NCBI RefSeq assembly: GCF_009914755.1
Contig: NC_060947.1
Length of the DNA stretch: 64,000 nucleotides
Source: the human T2T-CHM13v2.0 reference genome, Homo sapiens
Direction: 5' to 3' (one strand)
This document shows, piece by piece, positions 21,081-37,275 of the stretch; position 1 is the stretch's first letter, and every line of letters begins with the position of its first letter. Both the position numbers and the translations under genes were made by a program. Under the pieces are notes generated by a model. The model did no database searches. It was not told the origin of the DNA and was given only the letters and a program-made list of their open reading frames with translations.

Positions 21081-21979
21081 ATAATACTATGTCAGGAAAT
21101 AGTTTCTATTATTTTTGGTGACCCTAAAAGTGGCTCCTCATGTGTGGAAGTAGCTGATGTGGATTTACCAAAACAAACAAACGAAACACATCCTTTTATA
21201 GGATGTGTGGTGTGTGTTTTCTGACTAGACTAATGTACAATTTATGACAATCACCAAGTAGCTGTTCTTCAACAATATGCCCGCTATCCACAAACATTTC
21301 CAACTCTAAATACCAAGGAGTACTCTTTATCACTTTCTAAAAACATTTTGAATATTTATACCTCCTCTAGTAGAAAAGCAAGGACTTTCATTTCCGGATT
21401 TTTCTCTTCTTTCTTTTCTAAACATCTCCTCTAGAGTAAAATCAAGGACATTTTATATGAAAGTTTGGATTATGATAACATTTAATTATCACTCATATTT
21501 CACAGAGTGTATTTTTAAAAATTTCTTATGACTTTGTTCTCTTCTCAGGATTAACTTGTCTCTGAAAATAGATCTTTTACAGCCTAGCAAAGAAAGCAAA
21601 ATAATATATGTGCACAATTAGCACAAATTGATCTTGCTATGTGAACTTTAATTTCAGAATTTGAGATTTAAATGACTCTTCTATTTAAATTGTCAACCTC
21701 AGAGTCTCATTAGTCTAAATTTTACATTTAATTTATGAGGACAATGCTGCCTCCTTAGAACTGGCACTTATACTCTAAGTTATATGATGTCTAGTGGGAA
21801 ACGCTGGTTTAGGATTTCTTTTCCTAGGCCTTATTTTCAGCTATTTCATTAACTTATTATATGATCTTAGACTAATTATTTAATTTCTGTGCCTCGGGAT
21901 TTTTTAATCTAATAATTCAGAGAAATATTCCTCTTCTGTATATATCTTAGAGGAGACATTAATGTGTGCTGGACGAAGC

Positions 21980-22160
21980 ACAGGTTTCTGGGTCATAAAG
22001 ACCTGGGTTGAAATTCTGCTCAGCTACTAACTAACTTTGTGGCTTTAGGGAAGTCAGTGTCACTGATCCTTATTTCTGTTAACTGTAAAATGGTGATAAG
22101 ACCTACTTTAAAAGTTGTAAGGAATAGATAAATAATTTGAAAAGTAATTAGCATATGGCC
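21980..22160 (+). mobile_element. MIR
   Basis: 'agacctgggttgaaattctgctcagctactaactaac...ctgtaaaatgg'. Confidence 0.75.
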
Positions 22161-23258
22161 AGAACCAATCTTGGTCCTCTGCCTGCTCTTTCTCTTCCAC
22201 CTGCCTCTATCCTGGCTGTAAAATGTGTTTGGAGCATTACATTTTACATATGCATAAAGTGCCTGTCATTTAGTGGGTGCTTAATAAATGCTAGTTCAAT
22301 TGGCTGTGACATAAGGTAATTGAGGTTACTAAATAAGGAAGGGTGAATAGTATAATGGTGGGAAAGAAAATGAGGAAAATGACAAAATAAAGTTTAAAGA
22401 AAAACATAAGAACTTAGTAAATATAATAAATATTACTATTTAACATAATAATGTACTGTTGGTTTGAGAGTGTTCACGTTCACAAATGCCTAAAATATTT
22501 AGTAAAGTCTCTACACCATGGATAAGACTATTATCCTACTGAGCCCTACATTTTTGCAAAGGTTTCATAAGATAGAATAATATATACTCATAACTAAGAA
22601 AATGTTTAAATGATCAAATCCAGTACTTTGCCCAACAGGTTTAGCAATCACCGCATTATCTGCTGCTAATTAGAATCAAGTGTATGATATACAGGGCTCA
22701 TTAATTTCTTTGGAAATAAGAATCATAGGGCAATGCGTGTCTTTACAAATGGGTACCAGTTAATTTTAATAACTTAATGTATGCCTTCTTTTACATGCAC
22801 CCAAAGTGAAATGTATAGTGTATACGAATAATATAAATGTTTGTTAATGCTCAGCAAGACAAAATTTTAGAATACGCCAATGAGCAGTTTCATTAATTAC
22901 TGTCCTATTGCAATAAGTACATATTATTAACACATCTTTCTTTGATGTGATTCAGTATTAGTCATGGGTGAGTGTTAATGTGCTCCAAACTATATAGACC
23001 TTTTTTGAACTTCATACAACTCACTTTCTTTTTTTTTGTTGTTGCCTTAGGTTGGAATCAGATGGATACATGATTTTTTTTTCTTTTTCAGGATTATAAA
23101 AGTAGTCCCATTTTTAAAGAAAAAATCATAAATATGGTTTCATAAGATGGATGGTGATTTAATATTTTTTTACAAAGTCCAAATTATCATTTATTATTTT
23201 TTTATATTCCATGCTTGTGCATCTTCACAACGATTTTTTTTAATGTAAAAACTTTTTT

Positions 23259-23557
<299 letters not shown>

Positions 23558-23778
23558 TTTTTTAAAAATTATTATTATACTTTAAGTTTTAGGGTACATG
23601 TGCACAATGTGCAGGTTAGTTACATATGTATACATATGCCATGCTGGTGTGCTGCACCCACTAACTCATCATCTAGCATTAAGTATATCTCCCAATGCTA
23701 TCCCTCCCCCCTCCCCCCACCCCACAACAGTCCCCAGAGTGTGATGGTCCCCTTCCTGTGTCCATGTGTTCTCATTGT

Positions 23779-27436
<3,658 letters not shown>

Positions 27437-28347
27437 TCAGGGACCCACTTGAGGAGGCAGTCTGCCCGTTCTCAGATCTCCAGCTGCGTGCTGGGAGAAC
27501 CACTGCTCTCTTCAAAGCTGTCAGACAGGGACGTTTAAGTCTACAGAGGTTACTGCTGTCTTTTTGTTTGTCTGTGCCCTGCCCCTAGAGGTGGAGCCTA
27601 CAGAGGCAGGCAGGCAGGCCTCCTTGAGCTGTGGTGGGCTCCACCCATTTCGAGCTTCGGGGCTGCTTTGTTTACCTAAGCAAGCCTGGGCAGTGACGGG
27701 CGCCCCTCCCCCAGCCTGGCTGCCGCCTTGCAGTTTGATCTCAGACTGCTGTGCTAGCAATGAGCGATACTCCGTGGGCGTAGGACCCTCCGAGCTAGGT
27801 GCAGGATGTAATCTCCTGGTGAGCTGTTTTTTGTTTGTTTGTTTGTTTGTTTTTGTTTTTGTTTTTTTTTTTGAGACGGAGTCTCGCTGTCGCCCAGGCT
27901 GGAGTGCAGTGGCACAATCTCGGCTCACTGCAGGCTCCGCCCCCTGGGGTTCACGTCATTCTCCTGCCTCAGCCTCCCGAGTAGCTGGGACTACAGGCGC
28001 CCGCCACCTCGCCCGGCTAATTCTGGTGCGCTGTTTTTTAAGCCCGTTTGAAAAGCGCAGTATTTGGGTGGGAGTGACCTGATTTTCCAGGTGCCGTCTG
28101 TCACCCCTTTCTTTGACTAGGAAAGGGAACTCCCTGACCCCTTGCGCTTCCCGAGTGAGGCAATGCCTCGCCCTGCTTCGGCTCGCTCAGGGTGCGTGCA
28201 CCCACTGACCTGCGCCCACTGTCTGGCACTCCCTAGTGAGATGAACCCGGGACCTCAGATGGAAATGCAGAAATCACCCGTCTTCTGCGTCACTCACGCT
28301 GGGAGCTGTAGACCGGAGCTGTTCCTATTTGGCCATCTTGGCTCCTC
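27437..28347 (-). promoter_or_regulatory. L1 5'UTR with sense promoter (minus strand) and antisense promoter region (plus strand), CpG-rich
   Basis: Matches the primate L1 5'UTR, including the YY1 box (ggccatcttgg) and the ORF0 region. Activity is not shown by the sequence. Confidence 0.75.
27833..28022 (-). mobile_element. AluYe5-like right monomer inserted in the L1 5'UTR
   Basis: Sense reading has 'gggcgaggtgg', 'gaaccccagggggcggagcctgcag' and 'gacagcgagac'. 17-bp TSD ctggtgMgctgtttttt at 27816 and 28023. Confidence 0.9.
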
Positions 28348-28774
28348 AACCAATATTTTTAACTAAATTTAAAATTACAATAAACAGTTATATAACATTT
28401 GCTACAGTTCCAGATCTGAGATTCAGGAGATCTCTATTTGTGAAAATAAATTGATATGACATGTGATAAAGCCCCATTACCAAAAGGGAAATGAATAGGC
28501 AAGAAAATAGCTAAACCTAATAGTCAGGAAATGTAAGACCTAAAATTTTGAGATTCTATTTTTTCTTTTGTAAATTGAATGCACAACTCACTTAAAGTAA
28601 ATGTAAAATCATTCATATTCAACTTTCTGAGCTGACGTTACCAAAAAAGTGAAAGTTAAAAATACTTGGCTTCTATTGTAAAATTGCAAATAAAACCCAT
28701 TTCATGAAAGTGGCTTTAATATTTTGATGTTTGGCTTAACAGTTCAATTCAACAAACATTTACTCTGGGCAATC

Positions 28775-29000
28775 TACCATGGTGTTTAAGAGCATTGGCT
28801 TTGCAATGGAATAGACATGGGTTTGGTTTCCCATACCACAATTTACTGTCTTTGAGTGAATTACTCAACAACTAATTGTCTTAATTTCTTCAACTGCGTA
28901 GTTGGGCTTTCAGAGCCTACTTTGCAAGGATGTAGTAAGGATTCAATAGGAAAGTGCATGTGCCTGGCTATGGTAAGCACTCAGTAAATGGTAACTGCTA
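28775..29000 (+). mobile_element. MIR
   Basis: 'catggtgtttaagagcattggctttg...gtaagcactcagtaaatggta'. Confidence 0.75.
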
Positions 29001-31494
29001 ATGTCAACTATGTGCCAGACTCTATATGCTGGTTATACAAAGATTTAAAAAAGACGTTATCTGGCATTGATCTTTGAGTGAGCTACAAAAAGGCTATGTA
29101 TTGAGACAGGACTGTAATGCAGCTGCCTTGACAACATGTTCCAATCAGCCACATTACTGAGTTGTCTGTATTGCACATATAAAAATATATAATATCAAAT
29201 TAATGCTAAATGAACTCTGTATGTGTAAATGTTGAAGAATGTATGAGTTTTCCAGCCCTGATGCAAAATTATTGGTGGGGCATATATTGGCTGTGGTTTT
29301 TCAGCACAAAATACCCTTATAAAATGTATTTTGAGGAAATTCATTATACCATTAACATTTTTAGAGTGAGATCAACATTTTTTAAAAAGTAAACTTTGCT
29401 TTACTCTGAAGTGACTCACTTTAAAATAAAGTTGGCATTTTGGAAAATAGGCACAATTTTTGTTGCTCATGAGCTTTGCATGAAAAACTTGCACGAGGCC
29501 AAAATAGCATGCCTCAAGCATCTATAGGTTTATTGGGCAGTCTCTGTGTATTTCTTGATAGATAAAAGAGAGAGCCCTCCAGAATGCAGTCAAATGTGTA
29601 ATGAATCACAAGAACACAACATGATTTATTTTAATGCAAAGAGTGAATTTACTTTAACAAAAGAAACATTAACACACAAAATAATGTTGTTATCTTATTA
29701 AGAGTTATGTATTATTTCCCAGAAGAGAAGAACTTTTGGGGTACACCCTAGGCCCTAATCAGTTAAAGGATATTACCTATATACTAGATTATATGGTAGA
29801 TGGGCAAAAGATAGGTGTTTTTCATATCATCTGATCCCCTCATGCATTCATCAGCTGATAAAGCTACAAAAATACCATTAAAAAGAAAGATGCTAAGTCC
29901 TTCTTATGCACAACTTACAAAATTTAGTTTTCCAATTAATTTAGCATTTTATTCAGAAAGAGCTGTCAACTAGCAATATATGCTTACCAAATTCTGTTCA
30001 GAACTCATAATGGTGTCTCCCAAGGCTTAGCAGTGTTCTTCTGAATCAGAAATTCATTTATGTCTAGTGTCATGTTTAAGTGTGGACTATGTTTTGATCT
30101 GTTCTTTGCCAATTTGTCATTCTTGGATAGTGTATTAGGTGTGATTATCAATAATGCATTTGTTCTTCTTGGGTAGCTTGTAAAGGGATTCTGAAGGAAA
30201 TTGCAAAAGGAAAGTTTTTTTTTTCTTTTAGTCTTCAACAACTCCAACATTGCAGGAACATGTGCTTACCTCCCATGGCTACCACGTTGAAAGGTTACTT
30301 TCATCATTTACTTTGTTCATGGCAGAGAGGTTACAGAATTGAGGAAGTCTTAGCCCTCTCCTCAAGGATGTTGTAGTCTATTTGAGAAGATTAACAAGTC
30401 AAGAAGTACATATTTACAGTGTGCTGAGTACTCTTATAGAAGAAAACACAGTTGCTGTGGAAACTCAGAGGAAAATAACATAACTAAGTTAGAGAATCCT
30501 TTATAAATTTGGATTCTCTATAAACATATATTTGGATAGATAAGTTCTGAGACATACATGCCACATATCCTACAGTATCTATGTTTACAAGTCATATTTT
30601 GGCATCCTCTTGAGTGGATTAACCCTTAACTAAACATTCCAGATGTTAAAACAATATGAAATTGTTTTGTTTATTCCAAGAAATTCATGCACCCAGGCTC
30701 AGAAAGAAGGTTGAGCAACTTTATTTGGCTTCTCTCTTATAATTCCCTGAAGCCAAGCTAACTGGCTTAGTATACAATGAACAATGAATCAAGAAAATAG
30801 GGGTAAGTTTCTAGATGGAACAAAGGTATTCATTATTATGAGTATAAATATTTTTTCTCTTATCAACTATTATCAACATAATACATGTTCTAATATGTTC
30901 CTGATTTTTCTGGTGATGTGAATCATAAATTTAGTCACCCTAATCAACAAGCCTGGCAACTTGGACACTGGCACATCTAATATATATTTTTGTAGCAAAA
31001 CTCAAAATCCCACTTTCTTTTTCCTTAGCCATTTCTCTTTTTTGCACTTTCTTTGGGATGACTATTCTTCTTGGACAGTGAATTGAACAGTAGTGAGGAG
31101 GATAGAAGTTAGACTGTGTTCCAGACTCACAAAATTAGGCTATAGAAATCAAAAGTGTCCAGGGACAGTTATGCTGAAGACAGATTGAAGGGATATTCTT
31201 TCTTTCTGCCCTGGGCCAATAGGTCCAATGGAATTAATTCAGCTGGCCAGCTATTTTAAAAAATGTCATGTAAGTAAAATGGTTGCAAAGAAAAACTGCG
31301 TTACCTTGAAAGCACTCCATAGATAAAGCATATGTTTTACAGAGCAGACATTGACTCTAGAGAAGAGGAAAACCACAGTGATTTTTAATCATTAATTGTA
31401 ATGACTCTTCAAATAATACATAAGCAACATGGGGAAGTAATTTTTCCCTTCTTGCCATCATTACCTAAAAAACCATAGCTGTTTTGAATTATAT

Positions 31495-31625
31495 GATCAA
31501 TTCAATTCATTACAAGTTTCTTGAAGGTCTGTTGGGTGCTATGTGCTAGAAATATAGTGACACACAAGACAGACATAGTTTCTCTCCTCATGGAGCTTCA
31601 AGTCTGATGGGCAAGACAGATATTA
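31495..31625 (-). mobile_element. L2 3' fragment
   Basis: 'tgtgctagaaatatagtgacacacaagacagacatagtttctctcctcatggagctt'. Confidence 0.6.
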
Positions 31626-31644
31626 CACTAATAGTTAGAGATTT

Positions 31645-31852
31645 CCCTCTTTTCTTTTATTTTCTTTTTCCTTTCTTTCTTTTCTTTTTTTCTTTTTTCT
31701 TTTTGGAGACAGGGTCTAGCTCTGTAGCCCAGGCTGGAGTGCAGTGGTGCAGTCATAGCTTACTGCAGTCTTGAGGGGCTCAAATGATCCTCCTGCTTCA
31801 GCCTCGCAAGTAGCTAGGACTACAGGCACTGACCGCCACACCTGAGTAATTT
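31645..31852 (-). mobile_element. AluJ/FRAM monomer with T-rich tail
   Basis: 'gagacagggtctagctctgtagcccaggctggagtgcagtgg...gggctcaaatgatcctcc'. Confidence 0.9.
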
Positions 31853-31929
31853 CAGGTTTGGTGACTGCTAGAGTATGAAAGTGTAAGACGGGTGGCCTAA
31901 TTTAACCTTGGAGCAAGTAGATGTGGCCA

Positions 31930-32347
31930 TATTGCAAGGCAGGCAACCCCCTAAATTGGGGCCTAGCCCCAGAAGTTTTTTGGCTTCACTTAGGAAAGAA
32001 TTCAAAAATGAGCCTGTGGTGGAAGAAAACAGTTTTATTGAGGCAGCAGTGTTACAGCTCAGTGACTGCTCCTGCAGAGCGGGGCTACCCCATAGGCAGT
32101 ATGTTGAGAATAGTAGCTCAGGGGCAGTTCTGCAGTCATATTTACAGCCAGTTTTAATTATATGCAAATTAGAGGGCAGGGTTTACTCAGAAATTCCTAG
32201 AAAAAGGGTGGTAACTTCTGGGTGTTGCCATGGTAATGGTAAACTGTCATGGTATTGGTAGGCATGTCTTGTAGAGAGGTGCTTTCTGTGCCTCTTTCCT
32301 GTTGTAGCCAATCTTCAATCTGGTCTGGAGTGGAGTCCTGCCTCTTA
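31930..32347 (-). mobile_element. Solo LTR, same ERV1 family (MER66-like) as the provirus at 47450-55256
   Basis: Collinear with both proviral LTRs (aaattggggcctagc, ggaaagaattcaa, gtaacttctgggtgttgccatggtaatggtaaactg). 4-bp TSD gcca at 31926-31929 and 32348-32351. Confidence 0.88.
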
Positions 32348-32602
32348 GCCAGAGATTCACTTAAGTTGTGGCTTAGAGATGGGAAAGGCAGAGGAGAGAA
32401 TAGCCAGCCTCTATTCTTAGTAATTGTTAGTATAGCTGAAATATTCCTCAAGGTCACTGGGACACTTTCTTCAGGGGATATAAGGGAAGAACAGTCCCTA
32501 GCTGTTTAACATGCTTTCTATGTAGATAGTCCTTTCTAAGCTGCAGAGTCTGCTGTTCTTTACACCCCTCTGTCCGGACAACAGAAATTTATTTCAGCTC
32601 AC

Positions 32603-32735
32603 CATTATATATGTTATACTCCCAGATATATATATATATATTATACTCCCATATATATGTATTATACTCCCATATATATATTATACTCATATATATATAT
32701 TATACTCATATATATATTTATATAAAATACTCCCC
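32603..32735. repeat. AT-rich minisatellite, unit ~ atatatattatactccc
   Basis: About 6 visible degenerate copies containing 'ttatactc'. Confidence 0.85.
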
Positions 32736-33364
32736 ATTCTCAGTATCCTTTTCTAGAATCGTTTAACTTTCTAAAAGGATTAGCCCTTACTTATTACTTG
32801 TGAACTCTTTTATTATGTTCTCCAAGAATTCTATAGCATTCTCAGACCCAGTACAATGTCTTCATCCTTCTTCCATTTGGTTTTAAAAGCTTCTGTCCCA
32901 GCAGGAAACACAAAGAGTTAAACTTGGATTCAACCGCTTCTATAGCTCATCCACTGAGAGTCTTCCATGCCAAACAGCGCATCATCAATAGGAGTTAGAT
33001 TTCCCTATTAGTTAAAAATGACCAGAGAACATGAAAATAATTTGGGGAAAAAAATAGGGGTTGGAACTGTGAAATCAACAGTATTTGTTTTGAAATGTAC
33101 CCAAAATGATCCAATGTTGCTTTCTGGGGTGAAGGGAAGTGTATAACAAAGAGTGGGAGATCAGTACTTTTTTATTTGCTCCACAAGTATTCTGTAGAAA
33201 ACATGGTAAACTGTCTCTCAGGATACATTTGAGTGCTTGCCACAATTCAAAAGAGCCTGATCTCTTCTGTTGTGGCCCAGCTAAAGGGTGTAGAGGAGAG
33301 TCCTCCTTTTCCTTCACTCACAGCTTTCACTGACTTGGCAGATAAAGGGCATCCCTGGAATATG

Positions 33365-33485
33365 CTGAATTGAGGAGGGAGATCTGGCTTCTAACAGTCC
33401 CAGCAGCACTACTGACTGACACTAATCCTGGTTAACTCACTTCCCTTCTCTGGGCCTCAATTTCACCATCTGTAAAAACAAGAGG
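33365..33485 (+). mobile_element. MIR
   Basis: 'tcacttcccttctctgggcctcaatttcaccatctgtaaaa'. Confidence 0.75.
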
Positions 33486-33605
33486 GGCCAGGTGTGGTGG
33501 CTCAGGCCTGTAATCCCAGCACTTTGGGAGGCCAAGGCAGGTGGATCACTTGAGGTCAGGAGTTTGAGACCAGCCTGGCCAACATGGCAAAACCCTGTCT
33601 CTACT

Positions 33606-33658
<53 letters not shown>

Positions 33659-33826
33659 GCCGGGCGTGGTGGCGCATATCTCAGCTACTGGAGAGGCTGA
33701 GTCAAGAGAATTGCTTGAACCTGCGAGGTGGAGATTGCAGTGAACCGAGATGCTCCACTGCACTCCAGCCTGGGCGACAGAGTGAGACTCCATCTCGAAA
33801 AGAAAAACAAAACAAAACAAAACAAA
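33486..33826 (+). mobile_element. Alu (AluS-like) with (TG)n in the central linker
   Basis: Dimeric Alu; (GT)n at 33608-33654; (AAAAC)n tail; TSD caagagg. Confidence 0.96.
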
Positions 33827-34961
33827 CCCAAGAGGGTTCAACTGTAATTCTGTGGCTTTCTTCATAGCAGTAGGCATTCTATGGAGGCACCATTAGGAGA
33901 AATTCTGGTGGCCAAGGGTTTGCCACTGACGTACATACTCTGTCCTTTTTTCTCACTAAGAGCAGTTCTGGTTTTCTCTGCTTTTGTTTTCACCTTCACA
34001 TACAATATCATTTGACCAAAGAGGTTCATATCTTAAAAAAAATTGTAAACCATTGTATTGGATGATTTTTAAGAACTATGACTCTTTTGCTGGCTTTAGG
34101 TATCCTACTCTAAGGGGCTCCTATGCTGCTGGATAGTTGAGAATATCAGTTAATAGGGGTGGAGGTGGCTTAGCTAGAAGGTGCTAAAAACATCCCTGAA
34201 GCCCTAAAGGGTTATAATTTCCCCTTCTTGCATGTATATTTGCTGCTGCTGAGTTAAGATATGACAATAGTAAAAACTGGACAGTCCTTTTGGGTATACC
34301 CAGAGGGGTTTCCCCATGAATGAAGTGGGCAGAGCTAACAGTCTAAGCCTGAAATGGTGTATGCTAAAGAGTAGAGGCACCAAGGGTGTCAAACACTGGT
34401 GCTGTCCACTTCTGCAGTGAGCTTGGAAATGCCTCAGGCCAGGTGTTCTTCAGAATGCAAAGTCCCTGGAATTAAAGGAGGAAACAGCCTTGGAAAGCTT
34501 TGAGTTTGCAGGGGAGTTGCCCTCTTGTCTTTGGATGGGATCAGGGCAGGGACACCCATGCTGAAGAACTATCAAGGAAGGATAGCACCTGAGGGCCAAA
34601 GGATTAAGAGGCCAGCTGGGGGTTCAGAGGGAGGGAGGCAGATAATGCCTTTATGAACCCATTCCACCTGATTATAGTGTAATTGGATTTTGAGGGACTT
34701 CAAGATCCATGGAAACATCCCACTTGCTTTTATTTGGGATTTTGACTATCAGAAACTGGCAATTTGGGAACTTGACTTTATATTAGTTTTATCATTGCAA
34801 CATTTTCTTTGGTTTCCTCTTCATTTTGCTAAAGTTTATTTTGAAAATGTCATATCCTTTGTTATTTTCCAAGGGATATGAATTTCTTTAGGAATATCCA
34901 AGGCAGGTCTATCGTCATTGGTGTGTGGCCTGTGTTATTGGTTGGTTTAAATACTCTTCTG

Positions 34962-35275
34962 GGCTGGGCACAGTGGCTCATGCCTATAATTCGAGCACTT
35001 TGGGAGGCCAAGGGAGGAGGAGAGGATCTCTTGAGCTCAAGAGTTAGAGACAGCCTGGGCAACACAGCGAGACCTCATCTCTACTAAAAATAAAAATTAA
35101 AAATTATCTGGGTGTGCTGGTGCATGCCTGTAGTCTCATCTACTCAGGAGGCTGAGACTGGAAGATCGCTTGAGTCCAGAAGGTTAAGGCTGCAGTGAGC
35201 TATGATTGCATCACTGCATCCCAGCCTGAGGTGACAGAGTGGGACCCTGTCTCAAAGTAAATAAATGAATGAATG
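34962..35275 (+). mobile_element. AluJ
   Basis: 'ggaagatcgcttgagtccag', 'aggctgcagtgagctatgattg'; TSD aatRctcttct. Confidence 0.93.
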
Positions 35276-36949
35276 AATGCTCTTCTGTCACTATCTTGAA
35301 ATTCTTAATAAGTTTTGAAGAAAGGATCTTGGCTTTTCATTTTTGTACCAGGCTCCACAAATTATATAGCCAGTCCTTGCCCTTGGTATCCATTTTATCC
35401 TAATTTTACTAGGTTATGTGGTTCATGAGTGGTACTAGGGAGAATAATAGACAGAAAGGGAGAGATGTGTTTTGTTCTAGGCCCCAGGTATCCAGAGTGT
35501 CATTGAACCTGACTACCAGGTCAGACTGCCTGGAAATTGATAGTCCTGGTGTTCAGGACTGGGGGTGGAATATTAAGCTCCAGAGGCCTAGGTATAGTCA
35601 TTTCTGGGTTGCTGTTTAGGTAATTCATGTATATCACGTGTGAATTATTTTTAAGGTGCCTCATGTGATCTCTTTTGTAAACCTGACCACAGAAGCAGGG
35701 CAGATAGAGTGCTGGCTAAAGAGGATCTATTGCTGCAACTAGATAAGAAAAAAGAACCCCTCTAGTAGCTTCCTACCACTCTGGAATGCTACACACAGTA
35801 CAGGTTGGTAAGTGAATGCTGCCATGTGCCTTGGATTCCTTCTTAGGAGAGGTACTAATGCATTATCAAAATTATTTAATTTTTATTATTTATAGGCTTC
35901 TTATCAAGCCTTCAGGATGAGGACTAATATGATTTCAGTGCTGTGGGTTTCAGAGAGAAGAAATCTATCTTAGGCTTAGCAACCTGGGGGTAAGTGCCAA
36001 GCTGATAAGCATGGCAGATTAAAAGCCCATTTTACCTAGACATACTGACACCAATAGTGTTGTTAGTAATTGACTCATCATCACTACGATACATATCCTG
36101 AGGTGTTCACCATGAGAAATATTGTGTCTCCTTTCTTTTCACAGGGTCTCCGTGGAATTAGTAACAGGGGATGCTGGTTTTATGGGGGCAGTCTGTGGAT
36201 GTAGGGAGTTTTAAGAGAAATTAGCTTGCTAGTCAATAACCAGGGCTTTGCTTGTACCTCTCCTGATCAGATGAAGAATCATCTTTTTTTTTTCTTGCTC
36301 TGTTAAAAAAAATTGCAAAGAAAGCATGAACACCTTAACTTCTCTCATGCTAGGGAAAAAGCCTTAAGAAGGGTAGTACATCAGACTAGTGATGCCCATT
36401 CGTGTTAGCCTTTGTTATTTGCAGCTTACATGGCCTCATCTGGAAATGGGCTATCAGGTGTCGTCTTATTTCTAAGCTGGCTGTTACATTTAATACAAGT
36501 GGAGTTTGTGTGTAGGTCTACTGCACGTATTCTTGGTGCTCAGGGACTTATAGTGGTCCCTTACAGTTTCCGAAATCAATCTTGCTCTGAGATGGGGGCA
36601 CCAAGTTTGCAGCATCTCCCTCCTACAGTCATTTAGAGTTATTGATTTGCATTGAAAGAAATGAAAGTTGGAACACTTTTTTTAAAAATAGACTTTTTTT
36701 CTAAGGGCTGTCAGGAAGATATGCCTCTTTTCCAATATTATGTGTGCTTGTTTGACTTAGTACGTAATTATTGAGGTTCTCTCTGGCATTTGAGGGTACC
36801 AATTGGGGATCACATCCCATGAACACAGTTGACCACATGTGTGCCTTCAGTTGGTGACCATCCACAGCAAAGGGCCTTACCCCTCTACCTTAAGATTTCA
36901 TTCACTCTAGCTTGACAAAACATTGGGCAATCCCATATTATACCTTCCC

Positions 36950-37275
36950 TTCGCTTCCATTGCTCTCCCCAGAATGCCTTTCTCTGCTTTCTTTCTTTGT
37001 CCAAACCCATCTTTCAAGCCTCTCTCACATGCCACTATCTCCATGAAGTCCTCTCTAAGGATTTCATCTCAAACTATCATCCTATCCTTGAAATGTTGTA
37101 TGATCATTAAGCTCTTACCATAATATTTTACATTTAGTTATCCTGTATCTTAAAGTTCTTTTTCTCATTATTATTTTAAGTCTTTGTAGCCATATAGCTC
37201 CTACTGGAAATACACTTATTTATTTTTTATCCTGCAGAGTACCTGCACCACTTAATAAATACACATTTGATTATT
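36950..37275 (+). mobile_element. L2 3' fragment
   Basis: 'ccagaatgcctttctc...gccactatctccatgaagtcctctc...cttaataaatac'. Confidence 0.6.

Noticed and set aside
30490-30520. 10-bp inverted repeat tagagaatcc/ggattctcta
   Set aside because: Short and AT-rich; plausible by chance in 64 kb, with no supporting context.
31868-32509. Similar ORFs recurring at 47476 and 54885 that look like a small gene family
   Set aside because: They are translations of three copies of the same LTR.
32603-32735. Repeat with variable gaps, superficially CRISPR-like
   Set aside because: The 'spacers' are just (AT)n; this is a eukaryotic minisatellite with no cas genes.
35690-35812. Possible plus-strand exon ending at a GTAAGT donor
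   Set aside because: Weak acceptor and stops in all three frames; no supporting evidence.
36145-36214. Acceptor-like site followed by a frame reading VSVELVTGDAGFMG, reminiscent of the extended-SDR Rossmann motif TGGAGFIG
   Set aside because: The frame stops after ~22 codons, there is no convincing donor and no other matching exon; likely chance.
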